Below, piece after piece: positions 1-6,574 of a DNA stretch of 44,800 nucleotides (positions within the stretch are counted from its first letter, which is position 1; each line of letters starts with the position of its first letter). Source of the DNA: Chlamydiales bacterium (GTDB lineage Bacteria; Chlamydiota; Chlamydiia; Chlamydiales; Rhabdochlamydiaceae); NCBI GenBank assembly GCA_031281085.1, contig JAITFW010000006.1:1-44800 (forward strand). The letters are read 5' to 3'. Made by a program: the position numbers and the translations under genes. The notes beneath the pieces were generated by a model. The model was not told the origin of the DNA. It searched no databases and worked only from the letters and a program-made list of their open reading frames with translations.

Positions 1-117
1 AAAAAATTGTCCTGTACAGAGGTTATGGGGTATAAACGTTTATTCATCTAACTTGGCCTCTTTCTTCTTTTTATGGTTGTTAGATCATACCAAAAAAATC
101 ATTTGTTAACAGTGCCC
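1..117 (-). mobile_element. Left end of a probable IS5-family (IS427-like) element, running off the window
   Basis: Minus strand reads TA|GGGCACTGTTAACA (TIR-like, ends at 117), then an RBS-like GAGG and ATG at 47 (MNKRLYPITSVQDNF...). Too short to confirm the transposase. Confidence 0.4.
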
Positions 118-119
118 TA

Positions 120-183
120 TTGTAAATTCTTAATTCTAAATTTTTCGAGTATATCAGTTGTCCAACCGATTGGGTCCACCTCA
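120..183 (-). mobile_element. Isolated IS3-family terminal inverted repeat remnant
   Basis: Minus strand 183-159 TGAGGTGGACCCAATCGGTTGGACA matches the IS3/IS150-type end pattern (5'-TG...GGACA). It is cut off by the element at 1-117. Confidence 0.45.
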
Positions 184-290
184 GTTCGACCCTCTCTCTT
201 TTTATTCTTTTCAATCTTGTTTTGCCATAAAGGCTTGATGGTTTGATGAAGTTTAAGAAAATCAGGGACAGTTTCCCCTATTTTTTCAAA
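184..290 (-). mobile_element. IS5-family (ISL2/IS702-like) transposase N-terminal HTH fragment
   Basis: Minus strand translates FEKIGETVPDFLKLHQTIKPLWQNKIEKNKKREGR, resembling the HTH_Tnp_4 start (F..L...I.P.W....K.K..GR). It breaks at the IS3-like end. Confidence 0.45.
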
Positions 291-377
291 CTATTATTAT
301 CGAATATTTATGAACAAAGTAGTGCGCAAATTAACCTATTTCGTATACTCTTTTTTCATCAGAGAAGGAGATAACTT

Positions 378-707
378 ATGAAAATCACTGCATCGATTTT
401 AAGTGTATATAGCCTATTCATTTTGATTGGAGGACTAATCGGCTATTGGAAAGCCTCCAGCACAGCTTCTCTTGTTTCCGGATTATTGTGTGGGTCTGTA
501 TTGCTTCTGCTCTCTTATGCAATTGCTCGAGGTAAATTGCTAGCACAGTATATAGCTTTAGCACTTATATTCACTTTAGATGCTTTCTTTACCCATCGCT
601 TTGCAAAAAGCTTACATTTTTTTCCTGCTGGAATGATGAGCCTTTTAAGTTTAATCGTATTAATCGTTGTTGCTTTAAAAATTCGCAAAACGATTAAAGC
701 TCGCTAA
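378..707 (+). CDS. TMEM14/FAX-family small membrane protein
   Basis: GGLIGYWKASSTASLVSG and RF.KS..FFPAG motifs; 4 hydrophobic segments; AGGAG RBS upstream. Confidence 0.85.
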   Translation: MKITASILSVYSLFILIGGLIGYWKASSTASLVSGLLCGSVLLLLSYAIARGKLLAQYIALALIFTLDAFFTHRFAKSLHFFPAGMMSLLSLIVLIVVALKIRKTIKAR

Positions 708-1002
708 GAATCTGTCCTAAAACCTAAAATTTGAAAATTCTATTCGCTTAATCATCAGTCGAATCATGGAAAGATAGCACCAGTGCTGTTTTAATGGTTT
801 GGCTATCCATGATTGCCGCTTTCAATTCTTCTTTCCTTTCTGCCTGAAGTCGAACCTTCTTTCTTAGTGGATGATTTCATCTCTCAAAAATATCTGCTTG
901 TCGCCTCTTCCAAAAACTTTTGTTGTCTCTTTTCCAAGGAGGCTCGTCCTTTGGTAGAAATCTCCTCTGGCTTCCTGTTTTAGCTTCATAGAATATGGCG
1001 TT
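708..1002 (-). mobile_element. IS5-family (IS1031 group) remnant, internally deleted
   Basis: Minus strand reads NAIFYEAKTGSQRRFLPKDEPPW...IFER*NHPLRKKVRLQAERKEELKAAIMDSQTIKT, joined out of frame to the C-terminal WCYLSMIRLMIKRI. The terminal repeat GAATCTGTCCTAAAAC starts at 708, directly after TAA. Confidence 0.85.
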
Positions 1003-1113
1003 CTCCTTTTAGTTGCCCATAAGCTGGGTATTTTATGGCCATTTCTGTTACTGATTTTTCAATTTCTACTTGCTCTTCTGGTTTTTTCCGATCTGACAAG
1101 TTTAAATTTGACA
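1003..1113 (-). mobile_element. IS481-family remnant
   Basis: TGT-starting end at 1113 (TGTCAAATTTAAACTTGTCA) and peptide VEIEKSVTEMAIKYPAYGQLK, typical of IS481 transposases (P[A/T]YGQ.R). Confidence 0.6.
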
Positions 1114-1248
1114 TTATTTACTTATCAAAATGTAAGGATCTCTGGAGATCTTTTCTATCAGCCTTTCCACACTGCTTTTCTCAGTTGGCTCTCGTTTAGG
1201 GTTCTGACCGATGGGATCTAGATACTTGTTTGGATGATCAATATGCAT
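1114..1248 (-). pseudogene. 44-aa ORF, probably the 5' stub of a gene truncated by the IS481 insertion
   Basis: AAGGAG RBS then ATG at 1248 (MHIDHPNKYLDPIGQNPKREPTEKSSVERLIEKISRDPYILISK*). The stop abuts the IS end, and the ORF lies 14 bp behind the upstream co-oriented gene. Not in the ORF track. Confidence 0.45.
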
Positions 1249-1262
1249 ACCATTCTCCTTGA

Positions 1263-1758
1263 TTACATCATGTTTAAAGTGTTTATGTATGTCTGTATAA
1301 GAGAGGGAAAGGGGATTAGGGTTTTCACTAATAAGGGCTCTATTTGTTTATTTGTCATGGAGTTTATGAGCTTGTGTTTGACTAGGTGTAGCATGTTATC
1401 TAGCTTTTCTTTTCTTTCTTGAGTGATGCTGTTTTGCTCTCTAGCTATGTCGAATTCTTTCAGAACAGCGCTGAGTAAACTGGCTAATTTGGTGTCGATG
1501 AATGTACGTTGTTTGAACACAACGATCATCAATTTCATCTTTGTTATGATTGAAGGAAATTGCAGAAATATTTCTTGAATTTGCTCAGGAGAACATTGCT
1601 TTTGAATCTCTACAAAATCTTGTAAGATTTGTTTTTCGATAAGAGCATATAGCGATACGGGATCTACTATCTGATCTGTGTTGATTTGCTCGTGGTTAGA
1701 GCCCGGGGGGGGGGGTAGCCCTGCTGAAGTTCTCACCCGTGGATTTTGGTATATCCAT
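1263..1758 (-). pseudogene. Orphan alpha-helical protein (~164 aa) frameshifted in a poly-C tract
   Basis: AAGGAGG-N5-ATG at 1758 gives MDIPKSTGENFSRATPPPGL*. The long downstream frame (track ORF 1263-1736, GTG start without RBS) is joined if the C11 tract is C10 or C13. Confidence 0.7.
1705..1715 (+). repeat. G11 homopolymer (C11 on the coding strand)
   Basis: Read directly; the only long G/C run noticed in this AT-rich window. Confidence 0.95.
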
Positions 1759-1995
1759 GGTTTCCTCCTTAAAATAAGAATGAAAGTTTTAGCTAATTAT
1801 GCATAAAAGGACTGATTGTCTTTAGCCATTGTGTTTTTTTAATAATGACTCTAACAAAAAGCCCTTTTAATATTGTAATCTTTATATCTGTTACCTGTTA
1901 TTTATTATAATAACAAGTTTTTATATAATTCACATTTTAGATCTTTGTAATAAATTGAAATTATCTGTGAATTCATGCTAAAAATGATTTTTTAT

Positions 1996-2500
1996 CTATT
2001 CTTTCCACAAATCTTTTAGTCTCTGTTCTCTACCAGAATAAAAAGAATAGGACTCATATCTTACAGGATCTTTTTTATAAAACTGTTGATGATAGAGTTC
2101 TGCTGGATAAAAGAGTTTTATGGGCAGAATTTGTACTACACAAGGCAAATGTATCTCATGTTTAGAAAGCTCTGCTAACTCTTTTTGATGTGCATTATGA
2201 TAAAAGATCGTTGGTCGATATTGCAAGCCACTGTCACAAAATTGACCATCAGATCTTGTAGGATCAATATGATGCCAATAAAAATCCAGCAGTTTTTCAT
2301 AGCTAATTTGTCTTGGGTCATAGAGAACTTGAACAGCTTCCACATGTCCTGTTTTTCCTGAACAAACCTCTTCATAACTAGGATTCTTTACATCTCCGCC
2401 TGTATAGGCCAACTTGTGTTTGTAAAACACCTGGCAAATCATCAAAATCGTGTTGTATACACCAAAAACATCCTCCTGCAAAAGTAGCTAACTCTTCCAT
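1996..2500 (-). pseudogene. msrA: Peptide methionine (S)-sulfoxide reductase, +1 frameshift
   Basis: GGGAG RBS and ATG at 2500 give MEELATFAGGCFWCIQHDFDDLPGVLQTQVG. An extra base at 2407/2408 then separates this from YTGG..NPSYEEVCSGKTGHVE...AELYHQQFY. Confidence 0.9.
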
Positions 2501-2507
2501 AGCTCCC

Positions 2508-2978
2508 TTATAATAGAATAAACTTTTGATACACTTTCTCTGCAAAAGCATAGCCTATTAAAAAAAAAACACATCCCAAAAAACCCCAAAAACAGAGAAC
2601 AGAATGTTTGATCTGTAAAAGATAAGCCATACCTAAACTAAGAGTAAAAAAGAGAAGATCTAAAAAAAAATAGACAGAGGAAGCATGAGGAATCAGTGTT
2701 CCCATACAGGCACAGGGAAGCTTAATGCTATACCAAAAAATAGAATACCCAGCGAATGAAGCAAACATGACAGCTGTAATCACCCATATATGCCCATGAT
2801 TTCTATAGGTAAAAAGCGCTAGGATAAAACAGGTTTCGAAAAAACTCACCCAATGCTCTAGTTTTTTGATTTTTTCAGAAGGGTGAAACACTTTTCCATA
2901 AATAGCCAATACTAAAAAACAAGAAATGAGAATAGCAGCGCTTAAAACAATCAGGTTTTTATGTTTTTTTAGAAACAT
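2508..2978 (-). CDS. MauE/DoxX-like membrane protein
   Basis: About 5 TM segments with a loop motif LPCACMG resembling the MauE CGCFG motif; GGGAGG RBS. Confidence 0.6.
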   Translation of the reverse strand: MFLKKHKNLIVLSAAILISCFLVLAIYGKVFHPSEKIKKLEHWVSFFETCFILALFTYRNHGHIWVITAVMFASFAGYSIFWYSIKLPCACMGTLIPHASSVYFFLDLLFFTLSLGMAYLLQIKHSVLCFWGFLGCVFFLIGYAFAEKVYQKFILL

Positions 2979-3117
2979 ACCCTCCCCTTTTTTAAAGGAT
3001 ATTCTTTACTGAAATATAGAAAATTTTTTTTTCACACAAGCTCATCTCTGAGTTTTTCACGCATGTTTTGTCTGAACAAATATCCAATTAATGGAAAATA
3101 TGATATAAGAGAAGGCT

Positions 3118-3744
3118 ATGGAATATTTGTTAGAACTGATTACACGTCATGCCTATCATGCGCATTGGTATGTATTTGGAGGAATTCTTTTAGCTGGTTT
3201 TAATATACCGTTAAGTGCAGATTTGCTGATTTTGCTCAGCGCTTTTATCGCTGCTACCATTCTGCCAGAGCATACTTGGCATCTATTAATAAGCGTTATC
3301 CTTGGCTGTTATTTTTCCGCTTGGTGCGCTTACTGGATGGGGCGTCTTTTCGGTTCACAGCTATCTCGATTTACATGGTTCCAATCCATCTTTCACGTAC
3401 ATCGGATGAAAAAAATCAGAAATTTTTATGAAAAATATGGGTTTTTAACCCTTCTTACTGGACGTTTTATTCCCTTTGGGGTTCGTAACTGTATTTTTAT
3501 GTCTTGTGGGATGAGTCGATTCAATTTTCTCCGATTTATCTTTATGGACGCCTTTGCCTGTCTGATTTGGAGTGGGATTTGCTTTTATGTATTTTACAGT
3601 TTTAGTCGGTTTTATACAGTGATATGGCAACACTTTAAAACTGCTCATATTTTTGTATGGATAGTTTTCGTTGTGACGGTAATTGTAGGAATTTGGTATA
3701 AGCAAAGGAAAAGGGTCCAAAAGGCGAATCCTTCTATAAACTAA
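3118..3744 (+). CDS. dedA: DedA-family membrane protein
   Basis: P.SAD.L, YWMGR.FG, FYEKYG...GRFIPFGVRN and GMSR..F.RF motifs. Confidence 0.92.
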   Translation: MEYLLELITRHAYHAHWYVFGGILLAGFNIPLSADLLILLSAFIAATILPEHTWHLLISVILGCYFSAWCAYWMGRLFGSQLSRFTWFQSIFHVHRMKKIRNFYEKYGFLTLLTGRFIPFGVRNCIFMSCGMSRFNFLRFIFMDAFACLIWSGICFYVFYSFSRFYTVIWQHFKTAHIFVWIVFVVTVIVGIWYKQRKRVQKANPSIN

Positions 3745-3782
3745 AACTAACTCTTAAATTAAAATGAGTTAAAAATCTAATT

Positions 3783-4283
3783 ATGATTGGTTTATCAAAT
3801 AGCTTATCACTTTTGCGTGCTCCTTTAGCATTTTTGTTTTTATATGAAAGCATTCCTATACGTATCACTGCTATCGTTCTAGCTATGATAACCGACGTCG
3901 TAGACGGTTATTTAGCACGCAAACGCCGAGCTGTCACAAGACTTGGAGCTATTTTAGATCCTACCATGGATAAATTCTTTGTCTTTCTTATTCTATCTAT
4001 TTTGTTGATGGAAAAAAGATTACCTATCTGGCAAGCTTGTGCCATTGTTTCACGCGATTTTTTCTTGTGTTTATTTGGACTTTATTTAAGTTTTCGGTCT
4101 GCCTGGGTGGGATATCGCTTCGAATCGATTCGATGGGGTAAAGTATCTACAGCTCTGCAGTTTTTTATTTTAATTGGATTAGCTATGGGCTACCAATTCC
4201 CTTCTTATTTATATTTGCTGTTCATAACATTTGGTCTTTTAGCCTTTATAGAGCTCTTTAAAAGACAACTATATAGTTGTTAA
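3783..4283 (+). CDS. pgsA: CDP-alcohol phosphatidyltransferase (PgsA-like)
   Basis: Signature DxxDGxxAR...GxxLDxxxDK. Confidence 0.88.
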   Translation: MIGLSNSLSLLRAPLAFLFLYESIPIRITAIVLAMITDVVDGYLARKRRAVTRLGAILDPTMDKFFVFLILSILLMEKRLPIWQACAIVSRDFFLCLFGLYLSFRSAWVGYRFESIRWGKVSTALQFFILIGLAMGYQFPSYLYLLFITFGLLAFIELFKRQLYSC

Positions 4284-4295
4284 ACAAATCTTACA

Positions 4296-5345
4296 TTATT
4301 TCTCAATAACCATGATAGGATTCGGTACGTGAACACCTACTTGCTGCATCGTTTTATACAAAAGATAGAGAATTTCTTGTTTTACCATTAAATATTGCTT
4401 GTATCTTGTCTGCTTAGTGTAAACCTCTATAAATAATTCTAATGAGTAAGCCCCAAAAGAAGAAAAGACTACATTAATGGGTAGATAAGCATCTATCAAT
4501 GCATGTTTTTCGAACGCTTCTTTTAAGACTTGTGTCAATTCTTCTATCTTCATAAAATCTTCTTTCCTAACACCTACCGTAATTTGAATACGTCGATGAC
4601 TCATTCTCGACACGTTAACAACAGAGATCGTAGAAAAAATGGCGTTGGGTAAATAAACCAATCGTTTATCTTTGTCTCTGATTACGGTCAAGTACCAGCC
4701 TATTTCCTCTACAACTCCTTCTACTCCCCCGCCCCGATCGGGTAAGGAAATGTAATCTCCTAATACAAAAGGACGATTGATCCAAAGCATCATACCTCCA
4801 AAAAAATTGGCGATAACCTCTTTAGCTGCAAATCCTAAAGCTGCTGCACCTACTCCTCCAAATGTCACTAGAGGAACCATATTTAATCCCCAAATTTGCA
4901 AAATGATGAGCAAAAATATAGAAATAACGGCAATGGAGATGAGTCGACCTATCATATGCACATGTGACATATCGATTTTTTTGATGGTATGCTTAAAATA
5001 GATGAGATCTTTTTCTATCTCCTTTTTCCACCGCAAAAATATCCAGACTAGGGCAAAAATAATAGCTGTTTTAAAAAAAGCATAACTATATTGATAAACA
5101 AGAGAGAGCTGAAAATGAACTGCGATAAAAGAAATGATTAAGCAAATACCACAAACCCATAGAAAAAGAGAAATAGGTAAATAAAAAATATCATGAATCC
5201 TACCTTTCCATCTGTCTGCAGGAAAACGCTTTGCGATTTTCTTAAGAACTTTCTTAAGAAAAAAATTCATAAAAGCGAGTAACCCAAGGTAGACCACAGT
5301 TTCTAACCACCAAAACTGTTGCAAATCTGCAAAAGAAAAATTCAT
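4296..5345 (-). CDS. Small-conductance mechanosensitive channel (MscS family)
   Basis: GGVGAAALGFAAKEVIANFFGG, RPF.LGD.I, GVVEEIGW..T.IR and PN..F motifs; extra N-terminal TMs. Confidence 0.93.
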   Translation of the reverse strand: MNFSFADLQQFWWLETVVYLGLLAFMNFFLKKVLKKIAKRFPADRWKGRIHDIFYLPISLFLWVCGICLIISFIAVHFQLSLVYQYSYAFFKTAIIFALVWIFLRWKKEIEKDLIYFKHTIKKIDMSHVHMIGRLISIAVISIFLLIILQIWGLNMVPLVTFGGVGAAALGFAAKEVIANFFGGMMLWINRPFVLGDYISLPDRGGGVEGVVEEIGWYLTVIRDKDKRLVYLPNAIFSTISVVNVSRMSHRRIQITVGVRKEDFMKIEELTQVLKEAFEKHALIDAYLPINVVFSSFGAYSLELFIEVYTKQTRYKQYLMVKQEILYLLYKTMQQVGVHVPNPIMVIEK

Positions 5346-5483
5346 TATGTCTATTGCCCTATAAAAGAGTAAATCCTAGTATATACTCTATGCGATTTTC
5401 TTAGACAAGGTGAAAAGCTGGATCAAAAAGCGATCCTTACTCTAAGATTCAAAAACCCATAATATCTATTGGAGATAAGAAAT

Positions 5484-6521
5484 ATGCACTATCCTAGAGA
5501 ATCGATTATCACTTCTACGATTCGTTCTTTTTTTCGTTCTTTTGCTGTTTTTATCGGTTTTTTTACAGCTCTCATACTTCTCCTATTTGGTTTAACGAGC
5601 TTTTCTTCTCCTTACATGCAACCAGAAAAAAGCGTACTTTTGCTCAGTCCAGATGCTAAGGGACAAAGACAGTTACTAGACCCTACATCTGCAGTCATAT
5701 TGAGATTGGATATCTCTGGAATAGTTGGCATGAAAAATCTCACTACAGAGAAAATCACTTCTTTATTGCTCGATGCACAAGAAGGAGTTCTGCAAAACGA
5801 TCGAGTCAAGGCAATTTTGCTCTATATAGACACACCTGGAGGAGCTGTAACAGATTCCGATGGAATTTATCGCGCTATAATGGACTTTAAAACAAAGCAT
5901 AAAATACCTGTTTATGCATATGTAGATGGGGTATGCGCATCAGGTGGTATGTATATTGCTTGCGCTGCAGATAAGGTATTTGCCTCTTCTACTAGTGTTA
6001 TAGGATCTATTGGAGTGCGTTTTGGTCCAGCTTTTAACGTCTCCACTTTGATGCAACGCTATGGAGTAGAGGCTTTGACCATTACACAAGGCAAAGATAA
6101 AGATGCACTAAACCCTTTTAGGCCTTGGAAAGCAGACGAAGACCTCTCCTATCGCAATTTAATTTCCGCCATGTATCAGCGATTTGTAAATCTTGTTACA
6201 GCAGCGCGTCCTGCTTTGAACAAGCAAAAGCTCATTTCCAAGTATGGTGCTCATGTATTTATATCTGAAGAAGCGTTGGAATACGGCTATATAGACGTTG
6301 CAAATAGCAACTATAGAGAAGCAATAGAAGCACTTGCTAAGCAAGCAAACCTAGAATCTTACCAAGTGATGATCATACAAACTGCTCGTAACTTTCTATC
6401 AGAATTATCTCAGGCTAGATGTGCTTGCATAGAAAAAATGAGTCATTTATTCTTCCCTAGACCTCATTCTCTTTATCCAGAATTAGAAGGTAAGTTTCTC
6501 TATCTTTATCAACCAGGATAA
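5484..6521 (+). CDS. sohB: S49 family peptidase (SohB/SppA)
   Basis: DTPGG, CASGGMYIACAAD, GSIGV and GKDKD motifs; N-terminal TM. ATG 5484 after GGAG preferred over the TTG at 5469. Confidence 0.9.
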   Translation: MHYPRESIITSTIRSFFRSFAVFIGFFTALILLLFGLTSFSSPYMQPEKSVLLLSPDAKGQRQLLDPTSAVILRLDISGIVGMKNLTTEKITSLLLDAQEGVLQNDRVKAILLYIDTPGGAVTDSDGIYRAIMDFKTKHKIPVYAYVDGVCASGGMYIACAADKVFASSTSVIGSIGVRFGPAFNVSTLMQRYGVEALTITQGKDKDALNPFRPWKADEDLSYRNLISAMYQRFVNLVTAARPALNKQKLISKYGAHVFISEEALEYGYIDVANSNYREAIEALAKQANLESYQVMIIQTARNFLSELSQARCACIEKMSHLFFPRPHSLYPELEGKFLYLYQPG

Positions 6522-6541
6522 CTTCTTTAACCCTGTTTTTT

Positions 6542-6568
6542 CCTCCCTAAAAATAGAGAGGGTTTTTT
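6542..6568 (+). terminator. Possible intrinsic terminator/attenuator between sohB and polA
   Basis: CCTCCCTA-AAA-TAGAGAGG hairpin (one mismatch) followed by T7. Confidence 0.4.
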
Positions 6569-6574
6569 ATACTC

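Noticed and set aside
1234-1422. 62-aa plus-strand ORF and the many other short ORFs antisense to or inside long genes (e.g. 3445-3720, 15760-16565, 27724-27978, 28276-28680, 40247-41026)
   Set aside because: Shadow frames of well-supported genes, with no RBS or recognisable motifs.
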